Shown in pieces: positions 46,687-60,235 of a stretch of 64,000 nucleotides of DNA. Positions within the stretch are counted from its first letter, which is position 1. Every line of letters starts with the position of its first letter. Source of the DNA: Azolla caroliniana (lineage: Eukaryota; Plantae; Polypodiophyta). The DNA lies in the NCBI GenBank assembly GCA_043228905.1, contig JBHGNT010000005.1, forward strand, positions 13,888,001 through 13,952,000. The letters are read 5' to 3'. Position numbers and translations under genes: made by a program. The notes below the pieces were generated by a model. It saw only the letters and a list, made by a program, of their open reading frames with translations, did no database searches and was not told where the DNA came from.

Positions 46687-49600
46687 TCATGCCCGTAACA
46701 TACTCCCCCTCTTTAAAACATTGCACTCTTGCAATGGAAAGTTAGGGAAGTTAGTTCTAAGAGTATTTTCGCGTTCCCATGTGGCATCTTTTATTGATTT
46801 ATCCAGCCATTTTATTTTAAATTCTCGGATTTCTTTAGTACGTAATTTTTTTGTTTTAACATCGAGAATTCTTTCTGGTACATGTGGTTTAGAAGATAAT
46901 TCTTCAGAAGTAACAAGAGTTTCAGTCGTAACTGTATTGTCGCCAGAACCTAGAAGTTCTTTTAGACGACTCACATGAAAGACTGGATGAATTCTGACAC
47001 CATCGGGAAGAGCGAGACGATAGGCTGATGACCCAATGCGTTTGAGGACTGTAAAAGGTCCACAAAACCGTGGGGCTAACTTAGCGCACTTACCCGTAGA
47101 CAGTGTCTTAGAATTGTGAGGTACACGTAAAAATACCTTTTGTCCAGGGTTGAATACACGAGGTTGCCTATGATGATCGGCATAAAAACGCGCTCTATCT
47201 TGAGCTGTTTTTATATTATCTCGTGCAATATGCAACATATCTTGCATATCCCAAAGAAAGTTTTGCGTACTTCGCAACTCATCATGATGTATAGTAACAT
47301 CAATCGGGGCACGTGGCGGAAAACCATACATCAACATAAAAGGACTATATCCCGTCGACGTATGCTTGGAGCTGTTATAAGCAAACTCCAAAATTGGGAG
47401 ATAACGTTCCCATTTTGTTGGTTTTGCACCAACGTATGCTCGAAGCATGTCCTCAATAATTTGATTTACTCGTTCTGTCTGTCCATCGGATTGAGGATGA
47501 TCCGTGGAGCTCATGCTCAACGTAGTTTCTAACTTCTTAAAGACTTGTGTCCAGAAGTCACTAGTAAACTTTGGATCTCGATCACTCACGATATCCATCG
47601 GTAACCCATAAAAACGAAACAATTCGTTAACGAATTGGTAAGCCAATTCAGGAGCTGTTACCGTGGTTTTAGTAGCAATAAATCTGGCCATTTTAGTTAG
47701 TCGATCAACGACAACCCAGATGGCATCATGACCTTTTTGGGTGCGAGGAAGGCTAACAATAAAATCCATGGATATACTTTCCCACTTATTATTGGGAATG
47801 TCCAAGGGATGTAAAAGTCCTGCGGCTTTAAGTCGCTCGGCTTTGTTAACCTGACACTGGTGACATTTAGTCACATAGCTATGTATGTCAGGACGCATCT
47901 TAGGCCAATAAAATTGAGTGGAGATGAGAACGAGTGTACGATGTATTCCAGGGTGCCCTGCTGAGGGTGCATCATGGCATTCAAAAAGAATCCTCTTTTT
48001 GACCTCGGGTAAATCTGGAACACAAACCTTCCCATTACGGTAGAGCAAACCGTTAGCAATGTGGAAGTATTCCTTCAAGGATGTGGTGGTGTCTGTTCCA
48101 GACTCAACTCTTGCCCAGTATTTTGCGAAATAACTGTCATCAGGATACTTTCCTCGAAGGTGATCATAAAGATCTGATGATATTTCAGTGAAGCTAAGCG
48201 TGTTAACTTCACGGATGTGACTTAGTACATCAGCGACAACGTTCATGGAACCTTTACGATATCGTATGGAAAAATCAAAGTCCTGGATGAGATCAGCCCA
48301 TCGTGCCTTACGACCTTTCAGGTCTTGTTGGTCACAAAAATATTTCAAGGACTCGTGGTCCGTAGTTACCACAAAGTGATTTCCATAAAGATAATGGCGC
48401 CATGTTTTGAGCGCATGTATGACTACAAATAATTCCTTTTCTTGAACGGTATACCGACATTGAGCAGAATCAAGTTTCTTACTCTCGAATGCTATTGGTT
48501 TACCATCTTGATACAAGACAGCACCTATAGCATAATCGCTTGCATCGGTTTCCACCTCAAAAGGTTTTGAAGGATCGGGTAAAAGAAGTGAAGGAGCCTT
48601 GCAAACCAGGTCCTTGAGTTCCTTAAAGGCAAGTTCTAGTGTAGCATTCCACGCAATAGGTTTTGTAGACTTACGCGTTTGACCTTTTAAAAGATCAGTA
48701 AACGGCGTCGTCAATTGGGAGTAATTACGAAGAGACTTTCGCAAAAACCCCACAAAACCAAGGAATGATCGAACTTCTCGAATATTCCGAAGAGTGGGCC
48801 AAAGCTTGATTTTCTCAATGCGAGAAGGATCAATTTCAACTCCTCGTTCGGTTATGAGATGTCCTAGATAAGTAATTGATTTCTTGAAGAACTCACATTT
48901 TGAGATCTTCGCATAAAACTGTTTGTCACGCAATGTTTGTAAAACAAAGCGGACATGTCTAGCATGTTCTTGTAATGTACGGCTATAAACTAAAATATCA
49001 TCCAAGAAAATAACGACAAATTTTCCAAGTTGTTCTCGGAAAATGTCATTCATTTCTTGTTGAAAAGTAGCCGGAGCATTGGTCAAACCAAAAGGCATAA
49101 CCAAAAACTCGTAATGGCCATAGCGCGTACGAAATGCCGTTTTAGGAACATCGTCCTCACTTATTCGTATTTGATGGTAGCCAGTACGGAGATCAAGTTT
49201 CGTAAAATACCGAGCTCCCTGGAGACGGTCAATTAGATCGTCAGCCCGGGGCAATGGATACGAATTCTTGATCGTCACTTTATTCAAGCGTCGGTAATTA
49301 ATACACATACGCCATGTGCCCTCTTTCTTTTTAACCAAGAGAACTGGTGCACCCCATGGAGATTTACTATAACGTATATAACCCATTCGTAAATAGTCCT
49401 TGAGTTGCTTAGATACCTCATCTTCTTCGGATCGACTTAAGCGATACGGAGGTATACTTATTGGTGCAACACTAGGTACAATATCTATACGATGGTCTAT
49501 ATTACGTTTAGGAGGTAACCCATCAGGTAGTTCACTTGGAAAAACATCATGAAAATCATTTAAGATTTCATCAAGTTGTTGTTGTTCAAAATATGTTAAT

Positions 49601-50112
49601 TGAATCGGGACATTATCGATATTGTAAACGTGAATGTCCGTATCAAGTGCACAATAAAATAACGTAGAACAAGACAACTCGGATATTGATGGACACGAGG
49701 AAACAATCGAGAGGGATTGTTTTTTTACACATTGAATAAAATGCGTACAATCGTTCAGTACAAAAGAAATGGAATGACGAACCCAATCAATAAATAAAGA
49801 AGAGTTTTTATTATAAAACCAGGGATAACCCAGTATTACATCGGTGGTACAAAGATTCATTACATGGAAGTCTACTTCCTCTATATAAGTATCAATAGAA
49901 ATTCCTAATGAATGAATCGCCCCGTTGATGTATTGTACTCTTCCATCAGCCAAGTGCACCATGTAGGTGTGATCACTTACGGTGGGTTGGATTCCCCATA
50001 TCTGAACCAAACGATCATTCACAAAATTGTGTGAGCTTCCCGAATCAAATAAAAACTGTACGGGAGATCCATTGATATACCCGTTTGCACGTAGTAAATC
50101 ATTGGGACCCAA
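46687..50112 (-). CDS. pol: G5 Pol: protease-RT-RNaseH-integrase-chromodomain
   Basis: 1141-aa ORF; FDSGSS, FLDD, ETDASD, HHCC/DDE, GPF, and C-terminal PERILD..EFKIKW..DATWE chromodomain. Confidence 0.93.
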   Translation of the reverse strand: MGPNDLLRANGYINGSPVQFLFDSGSSHNFVNDRLVQIWGIQPTVSDHTYMVHLADGRVQYINGAIHSLGISIDTYIEEVDFHVMNLCTTDVILGYPWFYNKNSSLFIDWVRHSISFVLNDCTHFIQCVKKQSLSIVSSCPSISELSCSTLFYCALDTDIHVYNIDNVPIQLTYFEQQQLDEILNDFHDVFPSELPDGLPPKRNIDHRIDIVPSVAPISIPPYRLSRSEEDEVSKQLKDYLRMGYIRYSKSPWGAPVLLVKKKEGTWRMCINYRRLNKVTIKNSYPLPRADDLIDRLQGARYFTKLDLRTGYHQIRISEDDVPKTAFRTRYGHYEFLVMPFGLTNAPATFQQEMNDIFREQLGKFVVIFLDDILVYSRTLQEHARHVRFVLQTLRDKQFYAKISKCEFFKKSITYLGHLITERGVEIDPSRIEKIKLWPTLRNIREVRSFLGFVGFLRKSLRNYSQLTTPFTDLLKGQTRKSTKPIAWNATLELAFKELKDLVCKAPSLLLPDPSKPFEVETDASDYAIGAVLYQDGKPIAFESKKLDSAQCRYTVQEKELFVVIHALKTWRHYLYGNHFVVTTDHESLKYFCDQQDLKGRKARWADLIQDFDFSIRYRKGSMNVVADVLSHIREVNTLSFTEISSDLYDHLRGKYPDDSYFAKYWARVESGTDTTTSLKEYFHIANGLLYRNGKVCVPDLPEVKKRILFECHDAPSAGHPGIHRTLVLISTQFYWPKMRPDIHSYVTKCHQCQVNKAERLKAAGLLHPLDIPNNKWESISMDFIVSLPRTQKGHDAIWVVVDRLTKMARFIATKTTVTAPELAYQFVNELFRFYGLPMDIVSDRDPKFTSDFWTQVFKKLETTLSMSSTDHPQSDGQTERVNQIIEDMLRAYVGAKPTKWERYLPILEFAYNSSKHTSTGYSPFMLMYGFPPRAPIDVTIHHDELRSTQNFLWDMQDMLHIARDNIKTAQDRARFYADHHRQPRVFNPGQKVFLRVPHNSKTLSTGKCAKLAPRFCGPFTVLKRIGSSAYRLALPDGVRIHPVFHVSRLKELLGSGDNTVTTETLVTSEELSSKPHVPERILDVKTKKLRTKEIREFKIKWLDKSIKDATWERENTLRTNFPNFPLQECNVLKRGSMLRA

Positions 50113-52299
50113 TACATAGTGAGGGAAAGAACATTGACAATTACTTAAATGATGTGTATAGACCTGAAGGACATTAGGAATCTGACCTTTATGGTCTGCA
50201 GCTTTAGCTTTGTTGTCGTGCTCTTTTCGTTGGAGCTTTCAACATTGATCTTTTGTATGACCCTTCTTTTTGCAGAATACACAAAAAGGATGTTGTCGCT
50301 TACAATCGCGATCCAGGAATTCGTTGGGTGTCTTGCGTTTCCCAACAAATTGCGATTGCTTAGTCCCGGGCGCTTCGTTGGGTTTGTTATGGTCCTTCTT
50401 CGAAGTGCGTTGATAGCAAAGAACTATTTCAACGGCCTCTTCGAAGGATTTTGGATCCTTATCGTGCACTATCCAGTGATAGTCCGAATTGGGGATGCCA
50501 TTGACAAAACAAGCTATCAACCAATTGTCCCCTTCTAGACCCGATTTTTGGATTTGGGTTCTAGCATGGTGAACATAGTCTTCTAGCGAGGAAAATTTCC
50601 TGCTAGAGAGGTTCATTAAAGCTTGTGTTGCCTCGGTTCGAGAGGGAGGTTGCAGAAATTGGCCCTTAAAAACCGTGACAAAATCTGTCCAGGTATCGGG
50701 CAATTTCCCCATAGTACGGAGGCCACGCCACTAGGCGGCGGCCTTACCCCCGAGTTCTCGGCCGACATATGCAATCTTCGTACTATCTGGCGTGGGATAG
50801 AGCTCAAAATGAGACTCCCATCATCCCAGCCATGTGCAGATTGCTTCTTCGGTTCTTTCCTTTTTGTCTCCCGTAAATGGCTTAACGACAAATGATGGTT
50901 CACCTTGTCGCTCATCAAGTCTATTAGTCTCACGTTGTAGACTAATGACACGTGCCTCAAGAGCACTCTGAGATTGCCGAAGTTCGGTCATCTGTTGAGC
51001 GGTGAAACTAAGGTATTGGGTTATTTGTGCCAAATACATCTCAGTGGACATTTGTCCAGGAGGATTCCCTTGAGTTCCTTCCGCTTGAGCGGATGACATC
51101 GGGTCGTTAATTTGAGCCATTAAAGATTATTTCTGGAAAAGAAATAGGATAAGGTCAGAGATATAGTCATAACATCTTGTCGTGATGTAAACATATCATG
51201 GGCGAGCATTAATCGATATCATTATCTCACGTCAATACCCCTCTAGATGTATGAGATGAGGTTCAAGATCAGGTTACTATGGTAACACAAAGGTGTTTTA
51301 AAAACCATGGGGGTGACAAATAAATGTCTTTCCCTGATCTCTATATCGATTTTTTCATGGTGGCTCCCCGAGGCTCAACCATGTATGTTCGCGTCATGAA
51401 TAGTTTATACACGAAAAAAAATGTTAACAATAAACTATGTTTCGGTGCCCACATAAGTGGTTTCGGCTCTGTAAGTCCTATTACGAGGACCCCGAGGTGC
51501 ACTTAGACCTTAAGTCTAAACATGTGTTATAGTCATATGTATCAAGGATGTTGTATGGTCTTGGTCAATATTTGAACTCGAGACCTCGAGAACAAATACA
51601 TTAAACACTTGAGCCAACCAAGTAAGTTGCTCTTCTCGAATGCTTAATATTTGATGCGTATAAGAGATATGCGAGGCAATTGATCATATATGTTTTTTTA
51701 AAAGAACATATATGTCAAGGTCCTTATTTCGCCCTCATTTACCAAAACTATGTTGGTACGTTACCTAACCTCAAGTCTCGTAATTACGATGGCATATGCC
51801 AAAGGGCAACCTAATGGTCAAGCCAAATGAGCCCTCGTTTCGTAGTAGGCTCACGTGGGCCATCACATGGTCACGTCATTACGAATGCCTCTCGTAAGAA
51901 CGAGCTCATGGTGGCATCGTATCCATGTAACGAGGGAGGGATGTTGGATACGTGCGTCATTGGAGCGACCTCACTTGAAGTGGGTCAAGCCCTACGTACT
52001 CAACATCATTTTGGCTATTCGCGTTTCTTTACGTAACGAAATCGAGGTCGTCAACGGGGTTATCAACAATAAAAAAATGTTGAAAAAGGGATGGTGACAA
52101 CGCCATTCTCACAAAAATGTGAGGACGGCCACCAACATCCTTTTCCCGACAAGGACAACTTTCGATATAATCACGTAATAACGAATATACACATATGTTT
52201 ACTTATCACATATATACGATCAAATACGTATATATGTGACCACATATGCCTATATTAAACATATCGTTATATTAAATAGCCACAAATGATGTGATCGAG

Positions 52300-52565
52300 A
52301 TACGTAATCGAGGTATATACCTCTACGCACACGAAACATCCACAAATAAGAGATCATCGTAATACGCAATGGAGGTATTGACCTCTTACGCATACGAGAC
52401 CAAACGCATATCGTTTACAACAAATCAAGGTATTAAACTCATACGCAAACGTAACATATGTTCGTGAACGTAATACGTAATTGAGGTATTAACCTCGTAC
52501 GCATACGACACTCATCACATATTATCAATATGTCAAACGAGGTATTGACCTCGTGCACATATGTA
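52300..52565. repeat. Five palindromic GAGGTATTRACCTC-type repeats at 55-62-bp spacing in the G5 leader
   Basis: Cores at 52310, 52372, 52427, 52483, 52539, mostly followed by TACGCA-ACG. Confidence 0.8.
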
Positions 52566-54069
52566 AACGTTTTAGATAATCAATTAAAGACCACTACAAC
52601 ATCATTGACTTAATGAAAAAACACATGATTAGATGGGAGAAGAGAGAATAGAAAGAAAAATTATGGAAAGAGTTACCGAAGTTCTTTGTTGATCGTTGTC
52701 TGGATCAAGGCCAACCGCACAACGATCGATCAGCATCAATCAAAAGACAAATGAAAAACAAAGAAACATTAGTACAAAGCTCTGATACCAAATATTATAG
52801 ATCTTGGTACTAATGTAAGCTTAAGATAAGGATAATGAAAAGATAGATAGAAAGGAGAAAGAGAAAGAAGGGTGCCGATCCACCCGACCACCCCCGAGCG
52901 AAGGGATCGAGACGGACTCGAGCCTCGATCGGCGTCCCATACCACCGCCGTGGCGTCGAGTCGTACCTGGTGCTGGCGCGCTCGCTACAAGAGTTGACCC
53001 ACCACACGAGCAGAGTCTCGATGTAGTCAAAAGATGATCAAATGAGGGTAGCTAGGCCTCTTATTTATAGCGATACCCAAGGCCCCCAGGCAAGTTCACA
53101 CTTGACCTAATGGGTTGTCTCAATCCCGAGGATTAAAAATAATCCTCCCCTTCTTTACACTCTCATTTAACCCTCACACTTATCCACGTGTATAGAATAC
53201 TACGATAAATTCTTACCACGGGATATTATATGGTCATGCCCGTAACAGTTGAGCTTCATTATTCTTCATCGAGTATGTCCAGTATACTCTAGTCCAAGGG
53301 CTCGACCGGTTCTTCCTCCATCATTTGTTGCTGCAGTTGTTGATCTAGTTGCTGAGACTATTGTTGTTGCTCCAGACTGGCTTCCTCCGCCTACTCCGTT
53401 CAGGATCTGTCCGTCTGCTGATCCAGCTGTGACTTTGGCAGGTGGGGTCTTGTCCGCATCGACTGCTCCTCATCGTTAATGTTGATTTGTTACACCCATC
53501 GTGTAACTTCCTTCCTCCGGTGCTCCCGCTCATATCCTTCCAGTTGTAGCTGCACATCGAGTTGTTTGTCTTCAAGTTCGTTGACGAGCTTCTAAACTGC
53601 CTCTATCTGTGTGTCGGCCAGGGCATAAAAATCCTCTGACAATTCCTCCTAGATGGTGACTATGCTTTCCTCATGCATCTTATAGAAATTGTCTCCATCC
53701 TTCTTCCGGTTTTCCGCATTCGCTCAGAGCAGGTGGAGTTCCGCCGCTTGTTTCGACCATTGATGCCGAACAATGGATTACCCGTGTATTCTTCCCGTCC
53801 CTCCAAGCTCTAACCAACATCCGGATTCTTCCAATGCCCATTTTGACTTTGTCTTCCGTGGCTGACATTCTGTTCTTTAGCTATTTGATGAGGTTTGTTG
53901 CTGTTGTGGTTTGCGCTTCATACTCCATTAGTTTGGTTTGGTAGGTTGTATGTACCCCATCCAAAACCACCTTTGCTTGTTTCACCACCTGGTAGTGCTT
54001 CCAAATAAGCTATGCGCATTCTTTCGTTGCTTCCTCCAGCACCTTTGTAAAGAAATACGTGTGTGGAAG

Positions 54070-57000
54070 CATATTCGTAAATATGTTTGTAAATATGTTT
54101 CTAAGAGTCCATCGGGGATATATTTGTAAATAGCCAAAAAGTCATATTAGTATAAATATGACTTAGGGCAAACTTAGTATAAGTTGTTGTCATTCTTGTT
54201 GGCGCAAGATTAGAGTGTAACTGTGTACAGAGAGAGTGAGAGAGAGGAAGAGGTCGTTGCCTCTGTTGTAACCGCCGCCTGTGGCGAAGATAGCAAGCTC
54301 GAGGTCGTTGCTTCAGTGCTTTACTATTGTACATTCTGATATAGTGATAGTTTGCAGTCTGTGGACTGCCGTGGTTTTTCCCTAGTTTGGGTTTTCCACG
54401 TTAACATCCTGTGTACTCTTCTCTTCATTGTGTCGTGCGTTCATTTCCCGTTTTCTGTGTTTGATTCTAAGCTTGGTTGTGGCCGAGTGTTGTTCATCTG
54501 GAGCGTGTAGTTCATGTCAAAGTGGAATCAGAGCGAAACGACACAGAAAATGGACGAATCGTTGGGCCGCATGTTCAAGCTCACCGGCTCCAACTATTCA
54601 GTGTGGAAGTCGAAGATGAGGGACATGCTCATGGTTAAAGATCTTTGGTTGCCGGTTCAGTTCGGGGACAAGAGACCAGACAAAATCGACGCCACGATAT
54701 GGGAGGTGATGCACATGAAGACAACAACGTACATACGGTGCTTCATCAACATGAGTCTATACAACAACTTCAATGAAGAGAGCAAGGCTCATGAGCTCTG
54801 GGAGAAGATCGAGATTATGTTTCAGAACAAAAATGTTGTTTATTAGGTTTCGGTATTTCGGAAGCTAGTAAGACTCCGGTACCAAGATGGCTCCAGCATG
54901 GCGGAGCACATGAATGCCTTCCAGGGGCTGATCCACCAAGCAACATCATTGGAAGTGCCTCTCACCGATGAGGTACTAACACTACTCATGCTCGGTTCCC
55001 TCCCAGATAGCTGGGAGACGTTGGTTGTCACCTTGGGCAACGCCGAGCTGGAACGGAAACGGTTATCCCTAGCAAGAGTGAAGTCGAGCTTTCTAGATGA
55101 GGAGGCACGTCGGAAAGATAAGGATACAAGCTCCGACTCTAAAGCGCTACTTACCGAATCGGAACGCGGAAGACAAAGGAACCGTAGTCCCCAGAAGCAG
55201 GAAAAGTCAGGGACACGGTCAAAGTCAAGGGGGAGGCCTACTTGCTTCTATTGCGGCAAGCCGGGACACTTCCAGAAGAACTGTTGGCATTTCCGAAAAG
55301 ACAAGCAAACCGACGGTACCGATTCGAAGCGGACACCGGACCGAAACGGTAAAGACCAGAGGGGAACGGACCGGAAGGGAATGACGACAATCGTGGCAAG
55401 TGAAGAAAAGTTGATGCTCATCACCGAGGAGAGTGAGATATAAACCTTGCCGGCGATAAGATGACCTGGGTGGTCGACTCCGGAGCGTCGTTCCACCTTA
55501 CCCCAGACCGGAATTGCTTCTCATCCTACTTAGTCGGTGATCACGGTTGTGTCCGGATGGGGAATGAAGGTACATGCCGAATTGTCGGCATAGGAGACAT
55601 GTGGCTGACAACACCAACCGGATGCAAGCTGCTGCTGAAGGATGTCTGACACGTTTCGGAGGTTCGTCTGAACCTGATATCAGTCGGTCGGCTAGATGAT
55701 GAAGGCTACACGGGTAGCATCCGGAACGGTGTTATGAAGTTCAGCAAAGGGAGCCTGATTGTGGCTCAGGCCTGGAAGGTAAACACGTTGTACATGATGA
55801 ATGCCCGGTTATGTCCAGAGGAAGTGAACGTGGCATCCGACACTGCCGGTGAGATTTGGCACAATAGGCTATGTCACATGAGCGAGAAGGGGATGAAGAG
55901 GCTTGTAGAAGACAACCTCATTCCAGTGAAGAACGTGCACCTGGAGAAGTGCACTGATTTTTTGGCCGGTAAGCAAAACCGGACCTCCTTCCGACCAAGG
56001 CCACCGATGATACGTAATGCTCTACTGGCGTTGGTGCATACTGATGTGTGTCAAGTGGACACGAAGTCACATGCAGGACCACAGTACTTCGTGACATTCA
56101 TAGATGACCACAGCTGGAAGCTGTGGGCCACACCATTGAAGACGAAGGATCAGGTGTTATCCGTCTTCAAAGAGCTCCACGCGAGAGTGGAAAGAGAAAC
56201 CGGCCGGAAGCTGAAGACGGTTCGAGCAGATAACGGAGGTGAATACCGGGGCCAGTTCGAGGAGTATTGTTGCTCGAAGGGAATCCGGCTCGAAATTACC
56301 GTGCCGAAGATCCCGGAACTAAATGAGTTGGCTAAGAGGATGAACCGGACCATAATGGAGAGGGTCCGGAGTATGCTAGCGCATGCGAAACTACCCAAGA
56401 AGTTTTGGGTTGAGGCACTGTCGATGGCGACATATGTGATAAACAGATCAACCTAAGTTCCCTTGGACGGAGACACGCCACAGAGAGTCTGGACCAGTAA
56501 GGAAGTGTCCTACCGGCATCTGAAGGTATTCGGGTGTCTTGCGTATGTGCATGTAGCTAAGGACCGGAGAGAAAAACTAGATCTGAAGACCCGGCCATGC
56601 ATATTCCTCGGTTACGGCGACGATGAGTTCGGCTACCGAGTGTGGGACCTGGTCGACAAGAAGATATTCCGGAGTCGAGATATTATCTTCATGGAGGACA
56701 AGATGCTCGCCGACTAGGAGTCGGAGAAGAAGATAATGAACTTCGAGTCGACCGGTAAGGATCGATTCTACGATGAGCAGACCCAACCGGCAAGAGACAG
56801 TCAGGATACCGAACCGGCAGAAGAAGAAGTAGAGGAAGCTGAAACCGGAACCGACCATGACCCCGAATCGGATTCAGATGAAAAGCAAATGGAGGAGCCG
56901 ATTACCGAAGCCCAAAGACGGAGATATCCTCTCAGAGAGAGAAGCCCCCCCCGGAGATTTCCGGATGGAGAGCATGTGCTGCTGACCGATGAGGGGGAGC

Positions 57001-59360
57001 CAAAAAGCTTCGAGGAAGCTAAAAGTGACGCCCATAGCCGCAAATGGTTAAGTGCCATGCAGGATGAGATGGATTCCCTACATGAGAACCATACGTATGA
57101 ATTGGTGGAGTTGCCGAAAGGAAAGAGGGCACTCTGATACAAGTGGGTGTACAAGTTGAAACTGGGAGATGCCAGCAACCCCCCGAGATACAAAGCCAGG
57201 ATCGTGGTCAAGGGGTTCCAGCAGAAGAAGGGCGTGGACTTCGACGAGATATTTGTCCCGGTAGTAAAGTTGACCTCCATCTGGACGGTGCTGAGTATAG
57301 CGGCAAGCATGGACCTCGAGGTAGAGCAGCTGGACGTGAAGACAACATTCCTTCACGGTGACCTCGAAGAGGAGATCTACATGCAGCAACCAGAAGGATT
57401 CATGGAGAAAGGGAAGGAGCGCCTGGTTTGCCAGTTGAAGAAGAGCCTATAAGGACTGAAGCAGGCTCCCCGACAATGGTACCGGAAGTTTGACTCCTTC
57501 ATGACCGATCAAGGGTACCACAAGACGTAGGGCGATCACTGCGTGTTTGTGAAGAAATTCGAAGGAGGCGACTTCTTGATACTCCTTATGTACGTGGATG
57601 ACATGCTGATCGTCGGACGGAACCAAGCCAGAATACGGATGCTGAAGAAGGCTCTCAACCGAACTTTCGCAATGAAAGACTTGGGTTCGGCAAGACAGAT
57701 GTTGGGGATGCATATCATCCGGAACCGGCCAACGAAGCAATTGTGGTTGTCACAAGAGAAGTACGTGACAAAGGTGCTTCAACGGTTCAACATGTTAGAA
57801 GCGAAACCGGTCGGATCGGCACTCCCAGCAAACTGCAGATTATCAGGTAAGCAAAGCCCGAAGACGAAAGCAGAGAAGGCTCATATGATGAAGGTCCCAT
57901 ATGCCTCTGCCTTCGGGAGCTTGATGTACCCAATGGTGTGTACCCGACCGGATATAGGATACGCAGTCGGAGTGGTGAGCCGATTTATGAGCAATCCTGG
58001 CAAGGAGCATTGGAACGCGGTCAAATGGATACTCCGGTACTTGACGGGCACTTCGAACATGTGTCTCCGATTTGGCTCCGGTAAACCTCAACTTGACGGT
58101 TTTACTGATTCGGACATGTTGGCTGATGTGGATACCTACCAGTCTACATCCGGGTATGTAATGACATATGCAGGGGGAGCTGTTTCGTGGCAGTCGAGGC
58201 TGCAGAAGATGGTTGCGTTGTCAACCACGGAGGTGGAGTACATGGTTGTTGTGGAAGCCGGCAAGGAAATATTATGGATGAAGGACTTCATCGGAGAGCT
58301 CGGTATCCGGCAAGATGAATACCGGCTCTATTGCGACAGTCAAAGTGCCATCCACATTGCTAAGAATGCGGCCTACCATTCCCGGACGAAGCAGATCAAG
58401 CGAAGGTATCACTAGATCCGGGAAAGAGTAGATGACTAGGAGTTCGCGCTGACGAAGATCCACACGGCCGAGAACGGGTCATATATGCTAACCAAAGTAC
58501 TGATACCTGACAAGTTGGATGCATGCCAGAAGCAGATCAGACTAGTAAGACATCCCATGCCGGAGTGAGGGGGGAGTTTGTTAGGAAAAAGGTCCCTCCG
58601 GATGGGAAGTGAGAAGAACAGTATCGAAACCGGATGTGGAGTACCCGGCTACGGAAGACCCGGTGAGAACCGGATGACGGATACCCGGTTTCGGAAGACC
58701 CGGTGAGAACCAGATGACGGATACCCGGCTACGGAAGACCCGGGGAGAACTGGATGAGGAGTACCCAGATATGGAAGACCCGATGAGAGCCGGATGACGG
58801 ATACCCGGCTACGGAAGACCCAGTGAGAACCGAATGACGAGTACCTGGCAACGGAAGACCCGGTGAGAACCGGATGACGAGTACCCGGCAAGAGTCGGAT
58901 GGTGAAGAGCCGGTGAGAAGTGCTCACCGGATGAAGGGACATATTCGTAAATATGTTTTTGAGAGTCCATCGGGGATATATTTGTAAATAGCCGAGAAGT
59001 CATATTAGTATAAATATGACTTAGGGCAAACTTAGTATAAGTTGTTGTCATTCTTGTTGGTGCAAGATTAGAGCGTAACTGTGTACAGAGAGAGTGAGAG
59101 AGAGAGGAAGAGGTTGTTGTTGTTGTTGTAACCGCCGCCTGTGGCGAAGATAGCAAGCTCGAGGTCGTTGCTTCGATGCTTTACTATTGTACATTCGGAT
59201 ATAGTGATAGTTTGCAGTCTGTGGGCTGCCATGGTTTTTCCCTAGTTTGGGTTTTCCACGTTAACATCTTGTGTCCTGCGTTCATTCCCCGTTTTCTGTG
59301 TTTGATTCTAAGCTCGGTTGTGGCCGAGCGTTGTTCATCGGGAGCGTGTAGTTCCTGTCA
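54070..59360 (+). mobile_element. Ty1/copia C5 (Tork/Tnt1-like), degenerate; 5' LTR remnant 54070-54519, PBS 54523-54534, PPT ~58562-58576, 3' LTR 58579-59360
   Basis: gag (CFYCGKPGHFQKNC), VDSGAS, integrase, YVDD RT and RNaseH with many nonsense mutations. Confidence 0.92.
58643..58888. repeat. About six tandem 40-bp units in U3 of the C5 3' LTR
   Basis: TACCCGGCTACGGAAGACCCGGTGAGAACCGGATGACGGA repeated. Confidence 0.9.
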
Positions 59361-60235
59361 CACTTTGTGCATACATTGTGCTCAGTGAGCACTTTTTATA
59401 CAAGCCCCTGACAAGTGGGCTGACACAAGTACCATCACTACTTGGATGCTCATAAATGAGCCTGACTCTAAATTTTTCTACAATATTCCTATTTACTATA
59501 GTAGGCATATAGACCCTCAATGGCCTTTCAGAATCCTTACTACTTGGCGTACGGCTCTCGGCCCTCAGCTTCTTCAGGTGATTTGGCCCATGTTGACCTT
59601 ATCTCTCAACACTCCCCCTCAAGCTGAACTTGAGGTACCTCCGTGTCAATTCCACCTGGTTCGTCATGTTGGCCTCTTCTCTTGTGTCTCGACGCCTTGT
59701 TTGTGCTCCTCGTCCAGTTCGGCCTTGCGTCCCACAACCCCTTCGGTCCAAAGCTCCTCAACTCAACTAGTTCCATGCACCTCGACCCTTACGGTCGGCT
59801 TGTCTACTTCCAAGGCCCTTGTCAGCTCCCTTGTTGTCGCGGTATTGGCGCCCCTCAACCCATCGGCTCCTCTGTGTTCGCGTCGGCTCTCGCTGGCTTT
59901 TCGTCTACTTGGCCAGTCAATTCAGTTCCTCCAAAGGGAACATTTTGATTGAATCAGATGCTTCTGATTCACTTTGACTTTGGATCAAATCGGTTGTCTC
60001 TGATTCATCCTTCTTCAAGCCCTTGACCACATCTACCCATGTCTTGGTCTTGGCCTTTACTCGGCTAGCTTTGTCTTATTCAATTATGCCTCTTTCCTTA
60101 CCTTTCTTGCTTCACTTCATTTTGGTTCTGTTGGCTTTGTCTTTGGCTCTCTCTTTCGGCCGCGCCCCTTGCATCTAGCTAGTCTCTTGTTTGCCGATCT
60201 TCTTCCATCTGTGCATACATCCTCAGCTTCTCTAG
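59361..60235 (-). mobile_element. 3' end of another LTR element (PPT plus start of 3' LTR at 59611)
   Basis: Minus strand GCTTGAGGGGGAG-TGTTGAGAGA at 59624-59602; left boundary and internal extent approximate. Confidence 0.55.

Larger units (their letters stand above)
46545..53247 (-). mobile_element. Ty3/gypsy chromovirus G5: 5' LTR 53247-52793, PBS-Met 52790-52779, ~1.65-kb leader, gag 51120-~50150 (stops), pol, PPT 46714-46701, partial 3' LTR 46700-46545
   Basis: LTR, PBS and PPT visible; gag CVFCKKKGHTKDQC knuckle; intact pol. Confidence 0.92.

Noticed and set aside
52300-52565. CRISPR-like repeat-spacer array
   Set aside because: Repeats are short and imperfect, lie inside a eukaryotic retrotransposon leader, and no cas genes are present; kept only as a hairpin array
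58649-59156. Repetitive ORFs in the C5 3' LTR
   Set aside because: Translations of the 40-bp tandem repeat and adjacent LTR sequence
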